Assembly (NCBI GenBank): GCA_030390025.1
Contig: CM059432.1
Coordinates: forward strand, 147,934,001 to 147,998,000
Reading direction: 5' to 3'
DNA: 64,000 nt
From: Squalus acanthias
Taxonomy: Eukaryota
The position numbers and the translations under genes were made by a program. Shown in pieces: positions 1 through 11,009 of the stretch (its first letter is position 1; every line of letters begins with the position of its first letter). A model generated the notes under the pieces. It did no database searches, was not told where the DNA came from, and saw nothing but the letters and a program-made list of their open reading frames with translations.

Positions 1-138
1 GGGACATTCTGTCCAATTTCTGCTGTGCCTGTCATCACATCCCCATCACTCTGCATTGCCAACCCTACTCCTGCCCATCCTAACTCACCCCAACATCCCT
101 TGCACCATCACCCATCCCTCTCTCCCTATGTACAGAAT

Positions 139-174
139 GTTGGACTATAACCTGGTGTTGTGCGACTTCTCATT
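139..174 (+). mobile_element. 36-bp extreme 3' remnant of a Penelope-like element
   Basis: GTTGGACTATAACCTGGTGTTGTGCGACTTCTCATT matches the reverse complement of the 3' end of the Penelope at 59457-59495. Flanked by 12-bp TSD TATGTACAGAAT (127-138, 175-186). Confidence 0.85.
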
Positions 175-379
175 TATGTACAGAATCACATCCCCATCTT
201 ACTATGCACCCCTCACCCCCATCCTCAATGTTATGCAATGACAACTAACAACTTAAAAGGAGGAAACTTGGTATTGGCACTCCACTCCATCATAGTCTCC
301 CTCTAAACATCTATCCTATCCATTCTTTACACTCATTCCATCACTCTCACTGAAACTCCACTTCTTTCCCTCATTGCAG

Positions 380-2020
380 GAAAAGAGAGCCCACAATAAG
401 AGGGCGAGGGAGAGAACAAGAGGAGGACCACCATCTTTCTCACAGCTCACCCACGCTGAGGAGGCCACTCTCGACATTGCGGGATCAGTGGAACAGCTCG
501 AAGTGGGGGATGGAGAGACAGGCTCAGTAGAACAACCTGGTGACAGAATAATTCTCCATCCATCTTATTTGGCATTCATGAGTGACTCATATGGGATCTG
601 ATGTCAATAGAAATTGAGTGCTCATCATGTGCACAATGGGATGTGTCTGCAATCTACATATCACAGAATCCCCACAGTGCAGATAGAGGCCATTTCGGCC
701 CATCGAGCCTGCACCGACACATATCCCACCCTATCCCCGTAACCCCACGTATTTAATCCCCCTAACACTAAGGGTCAATTTATCATAGCCAAATCAACCT
801 AACCCGCACATCTTTGGACTGTGGGAGGAAACCGGAGCACCCGGAGGAAACCCACGCAGACACGGGGAGAATGTGCAAGCTCCACACAGACAGTCACCCG
901 AGGCCGGATTCGAACCCGGGTCCCTGGCGCTGTGAGGCAACAGTGCTAACCACTATGCCACCGTGTTATATCACATGTCTAACTCATGTCTTTACTCTCA
1001 CACGGGACCATTGAGAGCCCCCCTCCCTACTGTCCAGGAGGAAGAGCAGGAGGACTCCTCAGAGGAACCATCAGCCTCTGAGGGAGCAGCGTCAGCAGAA
1101 ATGAGCGCACCCAGCACCAGCGCATGGACGTACACCTCGGTGGGTATAATGCGAGATAGAGTAGTGTTGTCACCTGGTGTATCACAAGTCACGAGTGAGC
1201 AAGAGCAGATGGTGGAGACAGGGACAGCAGTGGAGAGTCCTCATCAGAGGCCGCAGGATGCTCCTCCCTCTGCTCAGCTGCATGTAGATGCTGAGCCTCG
1301 GGGACCATCCAGAAAGAGAGCGGTGCTGGAGTTTCAGGAATAAGTTCAGGAGACTCTGACTGGGTTAACAACCACGGTGACTGCGAGTGTGCAGAGAATG
1401 AAGGAGTCCATCTCAAATATAAGCAATGCCATGGCGCACGCAATGGCGAATGTAGGTAACGCCATGGAAAGGATGGCAATCTTCATGAAGGACATAAATC
1501 GCCAGACTCAGAACAACATAGTAACACTTCAAAATAGATGGTCAGCTATGGAGGATAGATGGGCATCTATTGCGGAGAGGAACCAGAGGTTCATGGACGT
1601 CCCCATTATGAGGAATGTCAATATAGACACGGGTCCTCATGGCCCCACTGATGTGCAGCAAGGTGCTCTCTAGCTACTTGCTAGCAGAGAAGTGCGGGTG
1701 GCCCATGAGAGGGATGATGGTGGGAGGTGACATACAAGTGGGGGCTCCTCTCCAAGCGCTCCAACTGCAATCCCCTTGCCAACCCCTCGGTCAGAGCCCC
1801 AGATGCCTCCCCGAACAGTGATGGCCGAGTCTGCCCCTGTGCAGCCGCAGGAGGTGCAGACTTTGGCGGGACCCTCACAGGCTCCAAAACCAAAGGACGA
1901 CCGCCAAAGGCGTCTAAGCAGGCGCAGCAGGGAAGTGAGCAGGCTGCCTCTACATCTGCTGAAGCCACAGGGATAGCACCACGTAGAAGCACGCGTAAAA
2001 GAAAGCTAACACATAAATAG
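380..2020 (+). pseudogene. Harbinger Myb/SANT-like (NAIF1-related) gene, exon 2 (380-539) and exon 3 (1006-2020), disrupted
   Basis: ttgcag|GAAAAG acceptor and CTG|gtgaca donor. Peptide EKRAHNKRARERTRGGPP..LT..EE; exon 3 is coiled-coil-like and ends in a basic tail (RRSTRKRK). Stops at 1341 and 1671, a frameshift near 1893, and exon-3 acceptor AG>GG. Confidence 0.8.
666..967 (-). mobile_element. tRNA-derived V-SINE (HE1-like elasmobranch SINE) in Myb intron 2
   Basis: Minus strand: A box TGGCATAGTGG, B box GGTTCGAATCC, V-domain TGCGTGGGTTTCCTCCGGGTGCTCCGGTTTCCTCCCACA, CR1-like 3' tail. Probable TSD ATATCACA (658-665, 968-975). Absent from the homologous intron near 32250-32400. Confidence 0.88.
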
Positions 2021-2246
2021 TCATAAGGGTAGTCACTTGGGTGTTCTGCTAGAAATCAATCATTGCCATATGTGTGGTCACAATTTGAAGTGGGACAGTG
2101 AAGGGTGAGGGTGCCTTTTATGTCTAGCAAAGGTGGTGACAGTGCAAGGAATGCACAATTCATTGTAGAGATGCTCTGTGGTGTTGAAGTGTGGTCATGG
2201 CAACCTTCATGTACATGTGGCAGCCACATGTCTGTGCTGCATAAAT

Positions 2247-4733
2247 TTAGGTGAATCTGGCATTGATTAGGCCCTCCCTGGCATCACATAGAAGCATAGA
2301 AGATAGGAGCAGGAGTAGGCCATTCGGCCCCTCGAGCCTGCTCCTCCATTCAATGAGATCATGGCTGATCATCCAAATTCAGTACCCTGTCCCTGCTTTC
2401 TCCCCATATCCCGTGATCCCTTTAGCCTTAAGAAATATATCTATCTCCTTCTTGAATATATTTAATGAATTGGCCTCAACTGCCTTCTGTGGTAGAGAAT
2501 TCCACAGGTTCACCACTCTCTGGGTGAAGAAATTCCTCCTCATCTCAGTCCTAAATGGCTTACCCCTTATCCTTAGACTGTGACCTCTGGTTCTGGACTC
2601 CCCCGCCATCGGGAACATACTTCCTGCATCTAGTCTGTCTAGTCCTGTTAGAATTTTATAAGTTTCAATGAGATCCCCTCTCATTCTTCTAAACTCTAGC
2701 GAATATAAGCCTAATCGACCCAATCTCTCTTCATACGTCATTCCTGCCATCCCAGGTATCAGTCTGGTAAATCTTCGCTGCACTCCCTCCATGGCAAGAA
2801 CATCCTTCCTCAGATAAGGCGACCAAAACTGCACACAATACTCAAGGTGTGGTCTCACCAAGGCCTTGTACAACTGCAGCAAGACATCCTTGCTCCTGTA
2901 CTCGAATCCTCTCGCTATGAAGGCCAACATACCATTTGCCTTCTTAACCGCCTGCTGCACCTGCATGCTTACCTTCAGTGACTGGTGCACAAGGACTCCC
3001 AGATCTCGTTGCACTTCCCCTTTTCCCAATCTATTGCCATTCAGATAATAATATGTCTTCCTGTTTTTGCCACCAAAGTGGATAACCTCGCATTTATCCA
3101 CATTATACTGCATCTGCCATGCATCTGCCCAATCCCCCAACCTGTCCAAATCATACTGGAGTTTATCTGCATCCTCCTCACAGCACACACGCCCACTCAG
3201 CTTTGTGTCATCTGCAAACTTAGAGATATTACATCTAGTTCCCTCGTCTAGATCATTAATATATATTGTGAATAGCTGGGGTCCTAGCACCGATCCCTGC
3301 CGTACCCCACTAGTCACTGCCTGCCACTCGGAAAAAGACCCGTTTATTCCAACTCTTTGCTTCCTGTCTGCCAACCAGTTCTCTATCCAAATCAGTACCC
3401 TACCCCCAATCCCATGTGCTTTAACTTTGCACGCTAATCTCTTATGCGGGACCTTATCGAAAGCCTTCTGAAAGTCCAAATACACCACAGCAATGTGCTC
3501 GCATGCTGGTCGCACTGGGTCAGCCGCCTCCTCCATGTATTCCTCATCTGGGACCTCATTCTGCTCATCATCCTCTTCCTCCTCCTCCTCTGAAGAGGCT
3601 GTGCGCGCCGCACCTTGTTCCTCAGGCAGCGCTAATCCTCACTGCAGTGCGATGTTGTTCAGGGCACAGCAGACAACGATGATTCTGGAGACCTTGGCTG
3701 GTGCGTACTGTAGGGCTCCACCAGATCTGCCCAGGCATCTGAAGCGTTTTTTGAGCAAGCCTATTGTTTGCTCTTTGAGACTTCTGATGGAAATGTGGCT
3801 TTGATTGTAGCGCTCCTCAGACTCGTTTGATGGCCTCCTCATCGGTGTCATTAGCCATGTCTTCAGGGGATAGCCCTCGTCTCCAAGGAGCCAGCTGGAA
3901 AGTTTGTTTGGTGGAGCGAAGAGCTGAGGCACAGTAGACTGGCGCAGGATGTAAGAGTCATGGCAGCTGCCAGGGAATTTGGCGCACACATGCATGATGC
4001 TCTTCCTGTGGTTACACACCAGCTGCACGTTAATGGAGTGGAAGCCCTTGCGGTTCATAAATACTGCTGGGTTCTGATGGGATGCCCTGATGGCCACATG
4101 TGTGCAGTTGTTGACGCCCTGCACCTGTGGGAAGCCAGCCAGATTGACAAAGCCTAGCGCCCGCTCGGTAACACTTGCCTCATCAGTGGAGAAGTGGATG
4201 TAATTGGCGGACTTGGCAAAGAGGACATCGGTAACCTGCGTGATGCATCTGTGCGCGGCCGACTGGGAGATGCCGCTAATGTCTGCTGCAGATCCCTGGA
4301 AGGACCCTGATGCAACGAAGTTGAGGGCGGTGGTGACTTTGACAGCCACTGGTAAGGAGTGTCCACCCGCTCCTCGAGGCTGCAGGTCTTGGTGCAGCAT
4401 TGTGCAAATGTCTGTGACTACCTGTTGCGAAAGTCTCAGCCTCCTTTGGCACTGCTGCTCAGACATATTGAGGAAGCTCATCCTCTTCCTGTAAACCCTG
4501 TGTTGGGGGTATCTCCTGTGGCGCGGTGCAGCCCCGCGCTGACGCCCTCTGCCCTGTGCAGCATCAGGTGGTTGAGGAGAAGGTTGGCACTCCTGTTGTT
4601 GGTGCTGCTGGTGTGTCTGGTTCTGCTGCTGCTGCGGCTGATCCTCTTCAGATTCTGAGGACCAGGGTGAGGGTATAAATGATTCCCATTCTGCTGTTAT
4701 ATATGGCAGTTGAGGATGCGATGTTCTAAGCAT
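2247..4733 (-). pseudogene. Harbinger (HARBI1-like) DDE transposase, inactivated and split by a CR1 insertion
   Basis: ORF 3639-4733 has [29 protein letters not shown] (first catalytic D>N), [50 protein letters not shown]. In-frame TGA at 3639, then an acidic tail; the last residues DAREGLINARFT* lie at 2247-2285 beyond the CR1. The probable native ATG (4689) is frameshifted relative to the copy at 62117. Confidence 0.92.
2287..3489 (-). mobile_element. 5'-truncated CR1 LINE (RT C-terminal part and 3' tail)
   Basis: YLDFQKAFDKVPH, QGSVLGP, FADD, LVRPHLEYCVQFWSP, FFTQRVVNLWNSLP; open frame to 2379; (TTCTATGN)n-type tail near 2287-2303. Confidence 0.95.
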
Positions 4734-5269
4734 TCAGTCACTGGGGAGAGAGGTTATTCCAAGGAGGTGACTGTGCATATAGAGTTAACACCACACACTT
4801 ACAGCCTCAAGACAGATCAAATGTGTCTTCCAAATCCTGAAATCAGCAACCTCTGACATTTGAAAGTGAACAGATATGAGAGTTCAGCTTTTATGCTGCA
4901 GTTGCAGCTGTGAACTATTCAGCTCGTTGGTACTCCCGACATACTCACTTGACGTGAACAGGAAAAGGCTGTCAAAATAGCAGTTAACAAGGAGTTAAGT
5001 ATCTTAAATCCCTCACCTGCCGCTTGGTGTCGGGTCTGTTCTGAAATCGCAGACCTGACACTTTGGAAACTCACACGGAGGTGGGATCGGGTGGGTTGCC
5101 AACCCGCCATCAATCATTTCGAATTTAACAGCTGACCCGCCTCCGAACCCGCCCTCTGAGCGCCGGCAAAATCGCGGTCTATAACTTTATTGAATGAATA
5201 ACTTAAACTAAATTAACTAATTAAAACTGATAATTAAAAGTAAAAATAACCGTTTGAAAGAGGTAGAGT

Positions 5270-5403
5270 ATAAATCGAGCGGGGGGCCCAGAGAGAGTTC
5301 AGACTGGAGTAGTGACGGCAGCGAGGAGGCAGAGGATAAATCGAGCAGGGGGTCCCAGAGAGAGCGCAGACCGGAGTAGTGACGGCATCAAGGAGGCGGA
5401 GGA
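5270..5403 (+). repeat. ~66-bp tandem duplication in the CR1 5'UTR
   Basis: TAAATCGAGC..GAGAGAG..CAGAC.GGAGTAGTGACGGCA..AGGAGGC.GAGG occurs twice head-to-tail. Confidence 0.8.
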
Positions 5404-5748
5404 CCTCCAGCGAAAACAACAACAACAAAAGCAACAACTGCAAAACGGCTAAAGTGACGTCACAACCAGGGAAGGAGCTGATTGGTGAGTAAGCTGGTAA
5501 GTGTTTCTAGTTAATAGTCTATTAAGTAAAGGCATGGCAGGGCAGCTCAGTCCCGTGGAATGCACATCCTGTGCCACGTGGGAACTCCAGGACGCTTCCT
5601 GTGTCCTGGACAACCACATGTGCAGGAAGTGTCGTCAGCTGGAGGAGCTCGAGCTCCGGGCTTTGGAGCTTGAGCAGCAGCTGGCGTCACTGCAGTGCAT
5701 CCGTGAGGCTGAGAGCTTCGTGGATAGCACATTTCAGGATGTGGTCAC

Positions 5749-5966
5749 TGACATGAATCTTGTCATTCATGTATGAAGTAATACTGGGCGGCCTGCTGGT
5801 GGCGCTGTCCAGGGAGAGTATAAATACTCGGGCATGGGCCCAGCTTGCTTAGGGCATTCCTCAACAGGAACTAGTGAAGGACACAACTAGACCTCCATGT
5901 TGAAAAACAGTTGATTAAAGCTTTGTTTAATGCTTAGACCAAGTGCCTAGTAGTTTTCTTACATCA
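5749..5966 (+). mobile_element. Solo LTR (218 bp) inserted in CR1 ORF1
   Basis: TG...CA termini, 5-bp TSD GTCAC (5744-5748, 5967-5971), TATAAATA near 5819, ATTAAA near 5914. The homologous ORF1 at 40452-40856 is uninterrupted. Confidence 0.8.
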
Positions 5967-8900
5967 GTCACCCCACAGAAAAAGAGTGTGCAGGCAGAGA
6001 GGGAATGGGTGACCACCAGACAGAAGAGGAGGACCAGGCAGGTGGTGCAGGAGTCCGCTGAGTGCATCTCGCTCTCCAACCAGTATTCAGTTCTGAGTAC
6101 TGGTGAAGGCGATGGTTCCTCTGAGGAATATAGCCTGAGCCAAGTCTGTGGCACAACGGGTGGCTCAGCTGTACAATGGGGGGAGGAAGAAGAGTGGGAA
6201 AGCAATAGTGATAGGGGATTCGATAGTTAGGGGAGCAGACAGGCATTTCTGCGGCCACAGACGTGACTCCAGGATGGTATGTTGCCTCCCTGGTGCCAAG
6301 GTCAAGGATGTCACTGAGCGGCTGCAGGACATTCTGAGGCGGGAGGGTCAACAGCCAGAGGTCATGGCCCATATCGATACCAACGACACAGGTAGAAAGA
6401 GGGATGAGGTCCTGCAGGCAGATTTCAGGGACCTGGGAAAGATTAAAAAGCGGGACCTCAAAGGCAGTAATCTCCGGATTACTCCCAGTGCCACGCGCTA
6501 TGAGTATAGAAATAGGAAGATAGAGCAGATGAATGTGTGGCTGGAGAGATGGTGCAGGAGGGAGGGCTTTAGATTCCTGGGGCACTGGGACCAGTTCTGG
6601 GGGAGGTGGGACCTGTACAGGCCGGATGGGTTGCACCTCAACAGAGCCGGAACCAATATCATCGCGGGGAGGTTTGCTAGTGCTGTTGGGGAGGGTTTAA
6701 ACTAAGTTAGCAGGGGGATGGGCACCAGGATGTAACATTAGAAAGGGGAAATAAAGTGCTCAAAGGATTGAGAGAGGTAGAGAGCACTAAAGTAAGAAAT
6801 AGTAAAGTATTAGGTGGGGTCAAACTAAGAGAGAATACAGGATGGTCGAAGATGGGTTTACAGTGTATGTATATGAACACACAAAGCTTAGTAAACAAGG
6901 TAAGTGAGCTGCAGGTGCAAATAGCCACATGGGAATATGATGTGGCAATAACTGAGACCCGGCTCAAAAAAGGGCAGGATGGAGTATTAAATGTTTCTGG
7001 TTATCAAGTGTTCAGGAAAGATAGGGAAGGAAAGATAGGAGGTGGTGTGGGAGTATTGGTCAAGGAGAATGTTACAGTGCTGGAGAGGGAAGATGTCCAG
7101 GAGTGGTCAAGGACAGAATCTATATGGCTAGAATTAAGAAATAATAGAGGTGCCATTACACTACTAGGTGTATTCTATAGATGACCAAATAGTGGGAAAG
7201 ATATGGAGGAGCAAATTTGCAGAGAAATCACAGAGAGGTGCAGGAACTATAGAGTAGTAATAATGGGGGACTTCAACTATCCTAATATAGACTGGGATTG
7301 TAATCATATAAAGGGCAGAGAAGGGGAAGAATTTCTGAAGTGTGTTCAGGAGAACTTTCTTGATCAGTATGTTTCCGGCCCAACGAGGGAGGAGGCATTG
7401 CTGGATCTGGTTCTGGGGAATGAGATAGGTCAAGTGGAGCAAGTGTCAGTAGGTGAATATTTAGGGAACAGTGATCATAATATCATAAGGTTTAGATTAG
7501 CTATGGAAAAGGACAGGGAGCAATCTAGAGTAAAAATGTTTAACTGGGGGAAGGCCAATTTCAGTGGGATGAGAACGGATCTGGCCCAGGTAAACTGGAA
7601 TCAAAGATTGGCAGGCAAAATTTTAATGGAACAATGGACTGCCTTTAAAGAGGAAATAGTTCAGGTACATTTGAGGTACATTCCCACTAGGGGAAAGGCA
7701 GGGCAACTAAAGTCAGGGCTCCCTGGATGACGAAAGAGATAGAGAATATGATGAAGCAGAAAAAGAGCGCGTATGACAGATGTCAGGTTGCAAATACATC
7801 TGAGAATCAGGCTATATATAGAAAGGTCAGAGGAGAAGTGAAAAAGAAAATAAGAGGGGCAAAGAGAAGGTATGAGAATAGAATGGCAGCCAACATAAAA
7901 GGTAATCCAAAAGTCTTCCATAGGCATATAAATAGTAAAAGGGTTCTATGATTCTAAGACTGATCCCTGGTGTTAGAGAAATGAGTTCTGATGAACAATA
8001 AGCTCTTCATTCTTGAAAAGGGAAATAGAGTTAGACAAGGATGGGGAAAGTAAAATTGCAATAATGGTTTTGGATGTGTGAGGCATCAGGACAGAAGGTC
8101 ACACATTATAGGCATGAAGTGTAAGTTTAGGAAAGATGTCAGGAGGTATGAGGCTAATCAACAGTTAGAATGGGTTGACAGCGAGATGCGTTGAAGCCAG
8201 GATATGGGTCTCATTTGTGATACAGCGAGATGCTGTAATGAAGAGATTATAGGTTGGTATTCTGATAGGCTGGAATCAATTAGGTCAAATGGTCTTTTTT
8301 TATCTGAAAATATCTTGTGATTTAAGTACACTTTCACACCTCTACCTTCTCCTCAACAACAAAGAACACTGGATGCCCAACTCTACCACTGTAAAACATA
8401 TTTGATATACTGTGTAGTGTCAAGGCTTCGTTTATTGATAGTGATAATATTTGGCCATTCTCTACTATGAATGTACTGTACAATCTGACCAGTGACACAG
8501 TGACACAGTTACATTTCTAATGCTGGGACTGATTCCTCAATAGGACGTTCCTGACAGGAAGTAGTGCTAGCAGCGAAGTCATGAGCTATCAGCCCACAAC
8601 TTTCTGGCATGTGCACACTGCGAGTATGGCTACTCACTGGAAGCCCGGTCGAGAAATCAGTCCCACTATTCCAAGATGGGCACAAGGCAGTAATTTTATG
8701 AGTTCCCGCTCCTGGCTGATGGCCTTGCCCACTGGTAGCAGATATTGCAAATTCCAGCATGCAATGCCAATGATTTTTCATGCATTGACAGAAAAAGGTG
8801 GACAGCATGCACTCAAATTTCTGATAAGCAGTGCCAGTAGACAAGGCCCCCCAACTGGGAGCATGAACTTGTAACATCAGCCCTTATGATTCAACAAAAG

Positions 8901-8973
8901 ACGAAAGGGCCAGTCTTTCATTCAAGTGGCTGAAGCTTAGCGCTCAGCAACTTTACAACAAGCTAACGTCATT

Positions 8974-9582
8974 GGGGGGGAAAATAGGGTGGCTTTACGC
9001 CTCCCGTTGGTGCCCTCGCTAATGGGGCGCAAAGCAACTAGCGCCCGGGCGCGGCGCTGCCCACGCCTCCCGCGAAATTCAGCGGAAGGTTAGCAGCGGC
9101 ACTAACCGGTAGCGCCCCGCTCGCGCCCCGGCCGCGATCTTCGGGAGCGCCCCCTGACTTGCCGCCGGACGCTATGTCCGACGGGGTCAGGGGGGCCTAC
9201 CTGCGGCCGGGGAGGCGCTATTTAAAGGCGAGGTGCGGGGGCGGCCATTTTTGTTGCTGGCCGCCTGCCAGCACCTGCCTGTGCGCCCGTCCCTGGTCTC
9301 CTGAGCCCCACTCCACCGTGGAGTGCCGGCTGCGCTCCAAGAGCCCAGCACTTCTCTTGAGTGCTGGGCTCGTTTGCCGGCACTCCCGATCCCCAGGGGC
9401 CCAGCTTTAAGAAGGGGAGGAAGGCCTGCAATACCGCAGCATATAGCACCGTGATATTGATTCACAGCGCCCCAAGAGGGATGCGGGGCGCAACCACTCA
9501 ATTTCCAGCGCGGGGGCACCAATTTTTCTGGGGCCCCGGCGAAGTTAGTGCCCCAAACGGGGCGCTACCCAATTTTTAGCCC
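8974..9582. mobile_element. GC-rich Harbinger-type MITE
   Basis: Imperfect TIRs GGGGGGAAAATAGGGTGGC / GCTACCCAATTTTTAGCCC, 3-bp TSD ATT, GCGCC-rich subtermini. Confidence 0.7.
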
Positions 9583-10279
9583 ATTGGCTTTCTTGAGGTC
9601 AGGTTTATTATGGATACATAGTGAGCCCCTGACCTGGGTTGAACTTCCACTAAGCATGGAGCTGGAAAGAATGATTTAAAGGAGTTTTGTTGAAAGCACT
9701 GTATAGTGGTGTTTTGGGGCCAAAAGCTGGACTTGGCCGTCCAGTGACACAGAGCGCCTCCAGTTTCAGATACTGCTTTGGAGATGCTTCTCCATGAAGC
9801 ATCTCCCTGTTTGAAACTCCAAAGAGATGAGTAAGATGTGTTTGGAGGTGGAAGCAGATCCAGTAAATACTATGTCAATCATCCAAAGAATGTGTGAGGA
9901 GATGTGAAAAAGATTAATAGCATCAGGAAGTCTACCGAGGAAAAGCTAGTCAATCATTCAACTGGTATGCTCAGCATCCTCAGGCCTGAGGACATTAAAA
10001 GAAATGGACCAATGTGAAGCTGGAGGCCTCTGTCAACTGCAGGGTAGTACCATCCTTGTCTTGTCATTGTTCCTCCACTCACTCACTCAGTCACTCACTC
10101 ACATGCATTCCAACACACTACCATGACACACATTAACAGTTAGTTAACCTCTGTTTGAAGTGGTATCATGCAGCCAGCACTCTAACAGATGTCCCTCTTC
10201 TGTCTCTATAAGTGGCGATCAAGAACCAGCTGCTAGTTGCAGTGGCAACCATGAAGCCAGCACCTAACTGCATCCTGTA

Positions 10280-11005
10280 TCAACAACAACAACTTGCATT
10301 TATATAGAGCCTTTAAAGTAGTAAAGCATCCCAAGGCACTTCTCTGGAGCCTTATCAAACAAAATTTGACACTGAGCCATATAAGGAGATATGAGGACAG
10401 GTGACCAAAAGCTTGATCAAAGAGGTAGGTTTTAAGGAGCGTCTTAAAGGAGGGGAGAGAGGTAGAGAGGCGGAGAGGTTTAGGGAGGGAATTCCAGAGC
10501 TTAGGGCCTAGGCAACAGAAGGCACAGCCACCAATGGTGGATTGATTAAAATCAGGATGCGCAAGAGGCCAGAATCAGAGAAGCGCAGAGATCTCGGAGG
10601 GTTGTAGGTCACAGTCACAAAGGATGTCATTAGAGACTTTGATGATGGCCGTTTCAGTACTGTGGCAGGGTCAGACACCTGATTGAAGAGGTTCAAACAT
10701 GGAATTGCGGAGATAGATGGGCTTGGATTTGGGAGGCGACAACACGATTAAGGACTTTAGAGAGGAAAGGGAGGTTGGAAATGAGGCGCTAGCTTTCAAG
10801 GACAGAGGGGACAAGTGTGTTTTTTTTAAGGAGGGGGTGATGATGGCAGATTTGAAGGGGAGAGAGGGAACCGTTAACAATATCAGCTAACATGGGGGCC
10901 AGGAAGGGAAGTTGGGTGATCAGCAGTTTGGTGGGAATAGGGTCAAGGGAGCAGGAGGTGGGTCTCATGGACAAGGTGGGCTCGGAGAGGATATGAGGGG
11001 AAATA
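10280..11005 (-). mobile_element. L2-type LINE fragments (RT region and 3' tail)
   Basis: Peptides PTSCSLDPIPTKLL and FKSAIITP..KK..FEPLQSG; (CAA)n-associated tail near 10281. Confidence 0.75.
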
Positions 11006-11009
11006 GCCA

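Larger units (their letters stand above)
1..5179. mobile_element. PIF/Harbinger DNA transposon copy A (left end outside window), with convergent Myb/SANT (+) and transposase (-) genes and nested insertions
   Basis: Right terminus GGCAAAATCGCGGTC (5165-5179) matches the TIR GGCCGCGATTTTGCC/GGCAAAATCGCGGCC of the related element at 30956-33398. Contains a HARBI1-type transposase ORF and Myb-gene exons. Confidence 0.9.
5180..7955 (+). mobile_element. CR1 LINE 5' half (5'UTR, ORF1 zinc-finger/leucine-zipper plus SGNH esterase, ORF2 APE endonuclease); RT deleted, short tail retained
   Basis: ORF1 CTSC..CRKC..LEELELRALELEQQL, GDSIVR, CLPGAKV, DGLHLN. ORF2 YDVAITET, MGDFNYP, LDLVL, SDHN. Ends abruptly in TTCTATGATTCTA. 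Confidence 0.93.

Noticed and set aside
890..965. tRNA gene
   Set aside because: It is the tRNA-derived head of the V-SINE, with no complete cloverleaf and a SINE body following.
3639..4733. Host HARBI1 gene
   Set aside because: Lies inside a TIR-bounded element with paralogous decayed copies, and has a catalytic D>N change, a premature stop and a CR1 insertion.
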